Part shown: positions 54,382 to 64,000 of the stretch, piece after piece
Layout: each line of letters begins with the position of its first letter
Position numbering within the stretch: position 1 is the first letter of the stretch
NCBI GenBank assembly: GCA_003707115.1
Contig: PPNB01000001.1
Span: forward strand, 1 to 64,000
Reading direction: 5' to 3'
Origin: Tortispora ganteri
Lineage: Eukaryota
Length of the DNA stretch: 64,000 bases
Notes under the pieces: generated by a model
What the model was told of the DNA's origin: nothing
What the model saw: the letters and a program-made list of their open reading frames with translations, nothing else
Database searches by the model: none
Program-made: the position numbers and the translations under genes

Positions 54382-57300
54382 ATGTCTGGACGCTACGACG
54401 GTAGTGGTTATGGTGATTCCGAACATCCCGCAGATGGCTATTACGACGAATACTCTGCGCGCGGTGCCCCCCCTCCTCAAGACGCGTATGGCGGGCCTTA
54501 TGACCAATATAACCCCCAACAACAACAATATTATGGTGAACCTTCCGATCCTTACTATGGTGCTGAACCCCAGGATGGTTATTATGGTGCTGGATACGGC
54601 CCGTCTGATGCGGAGGGCTATGTGATGTCTCAACCAAATTATCAAGTGCCTCCTGGATACGGCAGGGATTCTGATCCTGAAAACTATTCAGACTTCTCTA
54701 TGCGCTCGGATATTGTAAGAGCAACTGATATGGATTATTATGGTAGAGGCGATGAAAATATGCAATATATGCCTAATGATCCATATCAAAACCAACGCGC
54801 GTACCGCCCTGCTTCATCACAGGTGTCTTACAATCAGCGTTCTTCTGGTGCTTCTACTCCAATTTATGGCCTTGAATACCAAACTGGCGCTCTTCCGTCT
54901 GGACAGAGATCCCGTGAACCTTATCCAGCATGGACAGTTGAGAACCAAATTCCTTTGTCTAAAGAGGAAATTGAGGAAATCTTCATGGATCTCACTGACA
55001 AGTTTGGTTTTCAACGCGATTCAATGCGTAACATGTACGATCATTTTATGACCTTACTTGATTCTCGTGCTTCTCGTATGACTCCTAATCAGGCTTTGCT
55101 TTCACTGCATGCTGATTATATTGGGGGCGACAATGCCAATTATCGCAAGTGGTATTTCGCTGCGCATTTGGATTTGGATGAAGAAGTTGGATTCAGAAAC
55201 CTCAAACTCCAGAAAAATGCCCGCGCAGCTAAGAAGAAAAGAAAAGGTGGCTTATTTAGTAAGAATAAGCGCGTTGATCCTGCTCCACGGCCCAACGAGT
55301 CTGCAGACGATGCAGTAAAGCGCACCCTTGAAGAGCTTGAAGGTGACTACTCTCTGGAAGCTGCAGAATATCGCTGGAAAACACAGATGAATCAAATGTC
55401 TCAACACGAGCGAGCTCGTCAAATTGCCTTGTACTTGCTTTGCTGGGGTGAAGCTAATCAAGTGCGATTTACTCCTGAATGTCTTTGCTTCATCTTCAAG
55501 TGTAGTGATGATTATCTTCAATCTCCTGAATGTCAGAACCGCGTTGAACCTGTACCTGAATTCTCTTATCTTAACAATGTTATCACTCCGCTCTACCGCT
55601 ACATTAGAGATCAAGGCTATGAAGTGGTTGATGGCAGGTTTCTTCGCCGTGAGCGCGATCACGATAAGATTATAGGATATGATGATATCAATCAACTTTT
55701 TTGGTATCCGGAAGGAATCACGCGAATTGTTCTTGAAGATGGCACCCGACTTATTGATTTGCCTGCTGCCGAGCGATATCCTAAACTGGGCCAAGTTGAT
55801 TGGGAACGTGCTTTCTTCAAGACCTACCGCGAGCGTCGTTCTTGGTTTCATTTGGTCGTTAACTTCAATCGTATCTGGGTCATTCATTTAACTGTGTTCT
55901 GGTACTACATTGCTTATAATGCTCCTACTTTTTACACCGCTAATTATAACCAGTTGTTAAACAACCAGCCTACGCCTCAAAGTCGCTGGTCTGCCGCTGC
56001 ACTTGGTGGTGCTTTTGGTACGTTTATTCAAATACTTGCCACTATCTGTGAATGGACGTTTGTCCCTCGTCGTTGGACTGGTGCTCAACATTTGACGCGC
56101 AGACTTCTGGCTTTGATTGTTATTTTTTGCATCAACATTGCGCCTTCGGTTTATGTATTTGGTTTTGTCCAATTAGATGAGAAGAATAAGATTGCGCAGA
56201 TCGTTTCTATTGTGCAATTTTTCCTCAATCTGGCTACTTCGGTTTATTTTGCAGTGGTTCCTTTAGGAGCTTTATTTGGAAATTATCTAAAGGGTAATTC
56301 TCGGAGATACGTTGCTAGTCAAACGTTCACGGCATCTTTCCATAAACTGACTGGAGGTTCTATGTGGCTCTCTTATATCATGTGGGCCGTGGTGTTTGGT
56401 GCTAAGTTTGGTGAATCTTATGTATTTCTGGTCTTGTCTATCCGTGATCCTATGCGTGACTTGAGCATTATGACTATGCGTTGCAACGGTGTAACGTATA
56501 TCGGTAATGTGTTATGTCAACAACAGGCTCGTATCGTTTTAGGGCTCATGATTTTTACGGATATGATTCTGTTCTTCTTGGATACTTTTCTCTGGTATAT
56601 TCTTTGCAATTGTGTTGCTTCTGTTGCTAGATCTTTTTACCTTGGCTCATCTCTTTGGACTCCTTGGCGTAATATATTCTCACGCTTGCCGAAACGTATA
56701 TACTCTAAGATTCTCGCTACTGCTGATATGGAGATTAAATATAAGCCCAAGGTGCTGATCTCTCAGGTTTGGAATGCTATTGTGATTTCAATGTATCGCG
56801 AACATCTGTTAGCGATAGACCATGTGCAAAAGCTTTTGTATCATCAAGTTCCCTCTGAACAAGAAGGTAAGCGAACACTCCGTGCTCCCACCTTTTTCGT
56901 TTCTCAAGAAGACCAAACCTTTAAAACCGAATTCTTTCCATCAAACTCTGAAGCGGAACGTCGAATTTCTTTCTTTGCGCAATCCCTTTCCACCCCTATC
57001 CCCGAGCCTCTTCCTGTGGATAACATGCCTACCTTCTCGGTTCTTGTACCTCACTATTCTGAAAAGATCTTGCTTTCACTTCGTGAAATTATTCGTGAAG
57101 AAGATCAGTTTTCTCGTGTCACTCTACTTGAATACCTTAAGCAATTGCATCCTGTAGAATGGGATTGTTTTGTTAAGGACACAAAGATCCTTGCTGAGGA
57201 GACTGGACGAGGAGGATCTACATATGGCTCTGATTATGAAAAAGATGCTCAGTCAACTTTGAAAGCGAAGAATGATGACTTGCCTTTTTACTGCATTGGA

Positions 57301-60150
57301 TTCAAGTCTTCATCTCCTGAGTATATTCTGAGAACTCGTATTTGGGCTTCCTTGAGATTCCAGACTTTGTATCGTACTGTGTCAGGTTTCATGAACTATG
57401 CTCGAGCGATTAAGTTGCTTTATCGTGTTGAAAATCCAGAAGTGGTACAAATGTTTGGAGGGAGCACTGAAAAACTAGAACGCGAACTGGCCCGAATGGC
57501 TCGAAGAAAATTCAAATTTATTGTTTCCATGCAGCGCTTAACAAAGTTTAAGGAGGAAGAAATTCAAAACACTGAGTTTCTTCTTAGAGCCTACCCTGAT
57601 TTGCAGATTGCTTATTTGGATGAAGAACCGCCTCTCAGCGATGGCGAGGAGCCTCGTATTTTTTCAGCTTTGATTGATGGCCATTGTCCAATCATGGAGA
57701 ATGGACGCCGCCGCCCAAAATTCCGCATTCAACTTTCTGGAAATCCTATTCTTGGTGATGGTAAGTCCGACAATCAAAACCATGCTCTTATATTTTATCG
57801 TGGTGAATACATACAATTGATTGATGCCAATCAGGACAATTACCTTGAAGAATGTTTGAAGATCAGATCTGTTCTTGCCGAATTCGAAGAAATGAATGTA
57901 GAGAACGTTTCACCTTATTCACCTGGTGTTACTTCAGAGGTCACTAATCCTGTTGCCATTCTCGGTGCTAGAGAGTACATTTTTTCGGAGAATATTGGTA
58001 TTCTTGGTGATGTGGCTGCTGGTAAAGAACAAACTTTCGGTACTATGTTTTCACGTACATTGGCTCAAATTGGTGCGAAACTTCATTATGGTCATCCTGA
58101 TTTTTTGAATGGTGCTTTCATGACTACCCGTGGCGGTGTTTCTAAAGGACAAAAAGGATTACATCTTAATGAGGATATTTATGCCGGTATGAACGCTTTG
58201 CTTCGTGGAGGACGCATCAAACACTGTGAGTATTATCAATGCGGTAAAGGCCGTGATCTAGGCTTTGATTCCATTCTCAATTTCACCACAAAGATTGGTA
58301 CTGGTATGGGCGAACAAATGTTGTCTCGTGAATATTATTACATGGGAACACAGTTACCCTTGGATCGATTCTTGTCCTTCTACTATGCACATGCTGGCTT
58401 TCATATCAACAACTTACTCATTATTTTCTCGATCCAAGCTTTCATGCTTATCATGCTTAACATTGGTGCTTTAGTCAATCAATCGATTGTATGTTATTAT
58501 GACAAAGGTGCGCCAATTACCAATCCTCAAACTCCTTATGGTTGCTATAACCTTGAGCCAGTTCTTGGATGGGTTCAAAGATGTATTTTGTCTATTTTCA
58601 TTGTTTTCTTCATCTCATTTGTGCCATTGGTTGTTCAAGAATTGGTTGAACGAGGTTTGTGGAGAGCATTGAGTCGATTCACAAAGCATTTCGTTTCTTT
58701 GTCGCCGCTTTTTGAAATGTTTGTCTGCCAGATCTATGCTAGTTCCTTGTTGAACGATTTTGCGTTCGGTGGAGCTCGATATATTGCTACAGGTCGTAAG
58801 TTTGCAACAGCACGCATCCCATTTTCGTTACTGTTTGCACGGTTTGCTGGCCCATCGATTTATTTTGGTGCCAGAAGTCTTGCCATGCTGTTGTTTGCTA
58901 CTTTGACAATTTGGCAAGCTGCTTTGTTGTGGTTCTGGATTTGTCTCACTGCTCTTATGACTGCTCCGTTGGTATTCAATCCTCACCAGTTTGCCTTAAG
59001 TGATTTTTTTGTTGATTATCGTGATTACATTCGTTGGTTATCTCGAGGTAATAACAAATTTCACAAGAACTCCTGGATTGGTTATTGCCGTCTTGCCCGC
59101 ACCCGTGTTACTGGATACAAGAGATTGACACTTGGAGAAGAATCTGAAAAGCACTCTGGTGATATTCCTCGTGCTAAATTTGCAAATATTTTCTTTTCTG
59201 AGTTACTTGGTCCTTTTATCACCGCTGCCATTGCATTTATTGCATACACCTTTTACAATTCGGAAACAGGTGTTCCTGCTTCCCAGGCCCAACCTAGTAA
59301 TGCTATCGTTCGTCTTGCTATCGTTAGTTTTGCTCCGATAGGAGTGAATGCAGGAGCTGCATTAGTTATAGCTGGAATCGCCTGTTGTATGGGACCGTTC
59401 CTTGCTTGTTGCTGCAAGAATACTAGTGCTGTGCTTGCGGGAGTTGCCCACGGGATTGCTGTTGTTGTCGCTTTTGTTTCCTTTGAGCTGATGTGGTTTT
59501 TGCAGGCTTGGGACTTCCCCGGATGCCTTCTGGGAATGTGTTGTGTTGTAACCATTCAAAGATTTTTCTTCAAACTACTAACTGCATTGTTTTTGACCAG
59601 AGAGTTCAAACATGATCATGCTAATCGTGCATGGTGGTCAGGCAGATGGTACGGCGAGAATCTTGGATGGTCAGTATTATCTCAGCCTTTACGAGAGTTT
59701 GTGTGCAAAGTGCTTGAGATGTCGGCATTTTCAGGTGATTTTATTCTTGGACACATTCTTTTGTTTATCCAGGCTCCTGTCTTATGCATTCCTTACATTG
59801 ACCGCTGGCACTCTATGATGTTGTTTTGGTTAAAACCATCGCAACAGATTCGTCCACCTATTTTCAGCATGAAGCAAATACGCCTTCGCAAGCGTATTGT
59901 TCGCAAGTACGCTGCGTTGTACATCGTGCTTTTTATAGTTTTCCTAGCTGTGATTATAGCACCTGCTGTGGCTCATAACATGATTCCCGAGTTCAATTCT
60001 CCTGATGGATTGCAAGGAATTGTTCAACCCACTGGACTGAAGAACAATGACACTGGACCTGTTAGTGGACCTGCATCTTACCTTTCTGCCGTCTCATCTT
60101 ACTATCTAAGCAGAAACGGAAAGTCCACTACATCTTCCGGAACAAGTTAG
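54382..60150 (+). CDS. FKS1: 1,3-beta-glucan synthase catalytic subunit (GT48)
   Basis: 1922 aa; Y/G/Q-rich N-terminus, [60 protein letters not shown], many transmembrane segments. Confidence 0.97.
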   Translation: MSGRYDGSGYGDSEHPADGYYDEYSARGAPPPQDAYGGPYDQYNPQQQQYYGEPSDPYYGAEPQDGYYGAGYGPSDAEGYVMSQPNYQVPPGYGRDSDPENYSDFSMRSDIVRATDMDYYGRGDENMQYMPNDPYQNQRAYRPASSQVSYNQRSSGASTPIYGLEYQTGALPSGQRSREPYPAWTVENQIPLSKEEIEEIFMDLTDKFGFQRDSMRNMYDHFMTLLDSRASRMTPNQALLSLHADYIGGDNANYRKWYFAAHLDLDEEVGFRNLKLQKNARAAKKKRKGGLFSKNKRVDPAPRPNESADDAVKRTLEELEGDYSLEAAEYRWKTQMNQMSQHERARQIALYLLCWGEANQVRFTPECLCFIFKCSDDYLQSPECQNRVEPVPEFSYLNNVITPLYRYIRDQGYEVVDGRFLRRERDHDKIIGYDDINQLFWYPEGITRIVLEDGTRLIDLPAAERYPKLGQVDWERAFFKTYRERRSWFHLVVNFNRIWVIHLTVFWYYIAYNAPTFYTANYNQLLNNQPTPQSRWSAAALGGAFGTFIQILATICEWTFVPRRWTGAQHLTRRLLALIVIFCINIAPSVYVFGFVQLDEKNKIAQIVSIVQFFLNLATSVYFAVVPLGALFGNYLKGNSRRYVASQTFTASFHKLTGGSMWLSYIMWAVVFGAKFGESYVFLVLSIRDPMRDLSIMTMRCNGVTYIGNVLCQQQARIVLGLMIFTDMILFFLDTFLWYILCNCVASVARSFYLGSSLWTPWRNIFSRLPKRIYSKILATADMEIKYKPKVLISQVWNAIVISMYREHLLAIDHVQKLLYHQVPSEQEGKRTLRAPTFFVSQEDQTFKTEFFPSNSEAERRISFFAQSLSTPIPEPLPVDNMPTFSVLVPHYSEKILLSLREIIREEDQFSRVTLLEYLKQLHPVEWDCFVKDTKILAEETGRGGSTYGSDYEKDAQSTLKAKNDDLPFYCIGFKSSSPEYILRTRIWASLRFQTLYRTVSGFMNYARAIKLLYRVENPEVVQMFGGSTEKLERELARMARRKFKFIVSMQRLTKFKEEEIQNTEFLLRAYPDLQIAYLDEEPPLSDGEEPRIFSALIDGHCPIMENGRRRPKFRIQLSGNPILGDGKSDNQNHALIFYRGEYIQLIDANQDNYLEECLKIRSVLAEFEEMNVENVSPYSPGVTSEVTNPVAILGAREYIFSENIGILGDVAAGKEQTFGTMFSRTLAQIGAKLHYGHPDFLNGAFMTTRGGVSKGQKGLHLNEDIYAGMNALLRGGRIKHCEYYQCGKGRDLGFDSILNFTTKIGTGMGEQMLSREYYYMGTQLPLDRFLSFYYAHAGFHINNLLIIFSIQAFMLIMLNIGALVNQSIVCYYDKGAPITNPQTPYGCYNLEPVLGWVQRCILSIFIVFFISFVPLVVQELVERGLWRALSRFTKHFVSLSPLFEMFVCQIYASSLLNDFAFGGARYIATGRKFATARIPFSLLFARFAGPSIYFGARSLAMLLFATLTIWQAALLWFWICLTALMTAPLVFNPHQFALSDFFVDYRDYIRWLSRGNNKFHKNSWIGYCRLARTRVTGYKRLTLGEESEKHSGDIPRAKFANIFFSELLGPFITAAIAFIAYTFYNSETGVPASQAQPSNAIVRLAIVSFAPIGVNAGAALVIAGIACCMGPFLACCCKNTSAVLAGVAHGIAVVVAFVSFELMWFLQAWDFPGCLLGMCCVVTIQRFFFKLLTALFLTREFKHDHANRAWWSGRWYGENLGWSVLSQPLREFVCKVLEMSAFSGDFILGHILLFIQAPVLCIPYIDRWHSMMLFWLKPSQQIRPPIFSMKQIRLRKRIVRKYAALYIVLFIVFLAVIIAPAVAHNMIPEFNSPDGLQGIVQPTGLKNNDTGPVSGPASYLSAVSSYYLSRNGKSTTSSGTS

Positions 60151-60580
60151 AGTAAAGCATTAGAAGGCATTCATCACAAGATGAGTGGTGACGCCGCGCC
60201 AGTATATGTATTGGACTATTATTCACTTTGTGAACTGCTTACTGGTGACCGTCCACTTTGCTAGTTTAAGATATACATATTGATTGGAGTTGCTAAACAA
60301 GGATATCAATACATATACAGACTCATATATATATATACATATGTATATCTTTTATTATTATTTTATTATTAATATACGTATGGTGATAGGAAAATTAGCC
60401 CTTTGGGAGACTTGAATGGGTGCTCGGGACCAACACTACCTTGCACAGGCATCTACACTAATAGAGGAATTTTGATAGAAAAGGCTGCCAGAAACTATTC
60501 AAGTTTATTTTTCACACAGAACATAAATATATTTATTTGAAAAGTACCAATACTTGATAAAACTGGTTTAAAAAGGGATA

Positions 60581-62056
60581 ATGGTTAGTGCGCTTGTTGC
60601 AACAGTATCTGAATCAAAGATGATAGAGAGGAGCGTACGATGCGAGCATGTAAAGAAGTTATTGTCATCAAAATCACACGAGATTGCATTAAAATCGTAT
60701 CATAAATTACTTCAGGTTATATTGTTAAAGAAACACGAGCTAGGACCATGCAAAACTTGCTCTGGTTGCATTAGTGCAAGCCTGGTATGCCTTCAGTGCT
60801 CGCAGGTTAATTGCGCAGGAGAACATTCTCTGATGCATGCAAGGTCTACAGCGCACATATTTGCTGTGGATACAACCGTTGCTAGTTTATATTGTCATGT
60901 TTGTCAGAATATAGTTTATGATCTGGAACTCGAGAATGTCAGATTTTCAGCTGTAGCATCTGTGGTAGGTCGCGATTTCAACATACGTCCCGCATCTCTG
61001 GCTCTCGATTCGAAAGACTTGCAGTTTGTTACCGACAATACTATTGCACCCAAAGCTGTCGATTCTTATGGACTTAGAGGTTTTCAAAATATGGGTGCTA
61101 CTTGCTTTATGTCTGTTATACTTCAAATGCTGATACACAATCCACTAGTGCGCAATGATTTCTTGCGTGGATCTCATTTAGGGGAAGATTGTTCTAGAGA
61201 AGACTGTATCAGTTGCCGTATGCAAGAAATATTTGCCGAATTTTATGGAGTCAACGATCGAAAAGTAGGCTATGGTCCTACTGCTTTGCTTATAACCGCT
61301 TGGAATACTCAAAAAGCGTTGGCTGGTTATTCGGAGCAAGATGCACATGAATTCCTACAGTTTCTATTGAACAATCTTCACAAAACTTCTAACTCAAAAA
61401 CAGACTTAAGATCGTTTGATAGCACTACTGGGCGTGTGAATTGCCATTGCATTGTTCATAGAACATTTTGCGGAGTTCTACAGTCTAAGCTGACATGCGA
61501 GACTTGCGGTATCGAAGGTCAGACGCTTGATCCTGTGTTAGATATTAACTTAGAAATCAGAAATGGCTCTGGAGACTCAAGAATAAATTTACTTTCTTGC
61601 CTGGCCCGGTATACAAGACGCGAAAAGCTGGACGAACCGCTACATTGTCACAATTGTGCTCAGAAGAGATTTATGTATAAACAGCTAGGCATCAGAAGGC
61701 TACCCCCAGTGCTAGTCATTCAGTTGAAAAGATTTCAGCATACAGTGTCTAGCTCGTCTAAGATTGACAAACATGTTGATTTCCCCTTCACACTTGACAT
61801 GTCGCCTTATGTGGTCGACACGTTTAGAGATGATCAAAGACCTGAGTTGCCGCATGAGGATTGCACAATGGAACTCTTTGGAGTTGTAAAACACCAAGGA
61901 CAGCTATCAACTGGTCACTACACATGCTACGTTAAAGCCCGAAATCAGGAATGGTTTCATTTTGATGATTCTATGGTCACTAAAACTACAGAAGAGGAAG
62001 TCAAGAACTGCCAAGCCTATATCCTTTTCTATCTGATTAAGAATCTGCCACCATGA
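60581..62056 (+). CDS. UBP8: SAGA deubiquitinase (ZnF-UBP plus USP domain)
   Basis: N-terminal Cys/His zinc finger, GLRGFQNMGATCFMSVILQ, LAGYSEQDAHEF, QLKRFQH, GHYTCY, WFHFDDS. Confidence 0.92.
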   Translation: MVSALVATVSESKMIERSVRCEHVKKLLSSKSHEIALKSYHKLLQVILLKKHELGPCKTCSGCISASLVCLQCSQVNCAGEHSLMHARSTAHIFAVDTTVASLYCHVCQNIVYDLELENVRFSAVASVVGRDFNIRPASLALDSKDLQFVTDNTIAPKAVDSYGLRGFQNMGATCFMSVILQMLIHNPLVRNDFLRGSHLGEDCSREDCISCRMQEIFAEFYGVNDRKVGYGPTALLITAWNTQKALAGYSEQDAHEFLQFLLNNLHKTSNSKTDLRSFDSTTGRVNCHCIVHRTFCGVLQSKLTCETCGIEGQTLDPVLDINLEIRNGSGDSRINLLSCLARYTRREKLDEPLHCHNCAQKRFMYKQLGIRRLPPVLVIQLKRFQHTVSSSSKIDKHVDFPFTLDMSPYVVDTFRDDQRPELPHEDCTMELFGVVKHQGQLSTGHYTCYVKARNQEWFHFDDSMVTKTTEEEVKNCQAYILFYLIKNLPP

Positions 62057-62332
62057 CGAACAAAAGGGCTAGGCACTTAGTTGACTACCTATAATACATG
62101 CATAATAAACTCTCGGATTATATTATTATTCGTTATTTAATGCCTAATCACCGATATCACTGTTAACCTGTATTTTTTAGCCTGTCACCTCTACGTGACT
62201 ATATGTGCCCCTTGAGCCGGGTAAGTTTTTTATACAGCACATTTAAGGATTTTATCGTAAGAACTCACTAAGACCGCAAGATATTTTTTTCTAAACAATA
62301 ATACTCTAGTAGCGCGCGAGCTAGCATATAAA

Positions 62333-64000
62333 ATGCCTCAAACGCAACTAGCCTGTAAGTATATTTTATATATGTATATGCATAGAGAATTGCTGTGCTA
62401 ACGCGTTATAGACCGCACAAGTAAGGCTTTAGGGCTCATTTCGGGGTCTGGTTCATTTGAGCAGCAGGCTGACCTTACTGGTAAAGTGGCTAAATGCGCT
62501 AAGTATTCACCGAATGGAAAATATTTCGCTTTTGCTAGCGCTACCTCTGTGATTGTTTTGAACCCTGAAGATGGCTCTTTGTTTAACGAATTACTTATTC
62601 CTGGGGTCCTTGAACTTGGATTCTCCCCCCTCGGATCCCATGTGATCACCTGGGTGAGACCGGTCAAACAGGAAGATGGAAATCTTGCCGACAATTTGAT
62701 AGTCTGGGACGTTCGAACTGGCGAGAAACTGGTTTCGTTTGTCCAGAAATCTCAGACAAACTGGAATTTGCAATACACTTACGATGAAAAATACTGTGCT
62801 AGAATGGTCACCAATGAGATTCACTTCTTCGAGTCGTCCAATATGAAAAAGCTCTGGAATAAAATCCGCATCGAAGGCTGCGCAGATTTTAGCATATCTA
62901 TGGGTAAATCTTATGCCTTTGCTGTCTTCGTCCGCGAAAAAGATGGCCGCCCGGCTAATGTCGGTATTTATCAGATACCTGATTTCACCGCGCCCGTTGC
63001 GTGGATATCATTCTATAAGGCGGACAAAGTTCGAATGAAATGGAACATTATTGGTACATCTCTCATAGTCTTGGCCTCAACCGATATTGACCAAACTGGC
63101 AAAAGTTATTACGGCGAAACTAACCTCTACTTGCTTGGTATCGCCGGAGGATTGGCGCAGCAAGTTCAATTAGAGCCTGGCACCCCAGTATATGATGTTT
63201 CTTGGTCACCAAGTTCTAGAGAGTTCGCTGTTGTGTTTGGTTACATGCCTGCCAAAATACTGATTATAGATGCTCGAGGTAACACTTTGTTCAATATCCC
63301 TCGCGGTCCACGGAACGTTGTATCTTACTCTCCTCATGGAAAATTTTTCCTTGCAGGAGGATTTGGTAATCTCCAGGGACAAATTGATGTCTATGACCGT
63401 GACGCTGATTTCAAAAAAATTGCTATGATTGATGCCCCTAATTCTACCGTTTGTGAGTGGTCGCCAGATGGTCGTTCCATCCTGACTGCTACTACATCTC
63501 CACGTTTGCGTGTTGATAACGGTATAAAGATCTGGTTTTATAATGGAAAGCTGTTGTATAAAGAAGACATAGAGGAACTGTTTAATGTCGCCTGGAGGCC
63601 TCAGGAAGCGTCTCTTTACACACCACCTAGAGCTACCTCGCCAACTCCTGAACCTCACTCGTCTGCTGCGGGATTCGTGGACTGCACCAACTCAAAGCCG
63701 GTAGGCGTTTATCGTCCTCCACGTGCGCGTGCTAATGGGTCTGAAACGGGTACCGTGACTGCGCTATTACGTGCTGAAAACTCTTCGACTCCTTCTAAGA
63801 AATATCCCACTTCTTCGAAGTTCATCTCATCATTTCAGCGTTTCGGAGGACAGCAAACAGTGCCTGGAGCAGCAGGCTACAAGCCACCTGGAGCACCCAC
63901 CGAGTCTGCTGATAGTTTTTCTAAGACAGCGTTGCGAAACAAAAAGAAGAGAGAGGCTAAAAAGAAAGGTGGCAATGAGGAGTCCAGCAGTACCGAAGGA
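62333..64000 (+). CDS. Translation initiation factor eIF2A (beta-propeller); exon 1 62333-62354, exon 2 from 62412 to beyond the window end (partial)
   Basis: Spliced MPQTQLAYRTSK..; DQTGKSYYGETNLY, FGYMPAK, GFGNLQG, TATTSPRLRVDNG, YRPP; absent from the ORF track, presumably because no stop falls in the window. Confidence 0.92.
62355..62411 (+). other. Intron in eIF2A gene (57 nt)
   Basis: GTAAGT donor, TGCTAAC branch, TAG acceptor; keeps the frame. Confidence 0.88.

Noticed and set aside
55252..55887. Long antisense or alternate-frame ORFs (211 aa in FKS1; others in ERG6, ZUO1, VPS4, GAS1, PFK)
   Set aside because: No recognisable domains; expected shadows of conserved, codon-biased genes
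60326..60372. (TA)n and (TTA)n low-complexity run after FKS1
   Set aside because: Typical yeast 3'-end/terminator composition
38922..62056. SPT7 and UBP8 (both SAGA) as a functional cluster
   Set aside because: About 18 kb apart with unrelated genes between; compatible with chance

Overview
Eukaryotic, gene-dense, intron-poor fungal chromosome segment. It looks like an ascomycete yeast, probably an early-diverging budding yeast; this placement is inferred from short GT..CTAAC..AG introns, CUG read as Leu in conserved motifs, and retention of genes S. cerevisiae lacks (Adl1-type second DNA ligase I, delta-8 sphingolipid desaturase). It holds about 28 mostly housekeeping genes: ETR1, HER2, AIM29, TAD2, PFK, a secreted 5'-nucleotidase-like gene, ZUO1, ERG6, MEC1, MET12, TAN1, SPC110/pcp1-like, PRM15-like, MCA1, MOG1, FCP1, TIP20, a DNA ligase I paralog, PTP1, SPT7, VanZ-like, CCT7, SLD1, VPS4, GAS1, FKS1, UBP8 and eIF2A (runs off the end). 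Four genes have first exons missed by the ORF track. I found no transposon, tRNA, rRNA or CRISPR. Main points of interest: a candidate H/ACA snoRNA between FCP1 and TIP20; a same-strand AIM29/HER2 overlap; a uORF joined to MEC1 by a TAATG stop-start; a ligase I paralog with a PIP box next to a ubiquitin-binding-like helix; and a head-to-head GAS1-FKS1 pair whose shared 2.7 kb region contains palindromes and two predicted FKS1 5'UTR introns. All gene calls rest on motif recognition by eye, with no database search.
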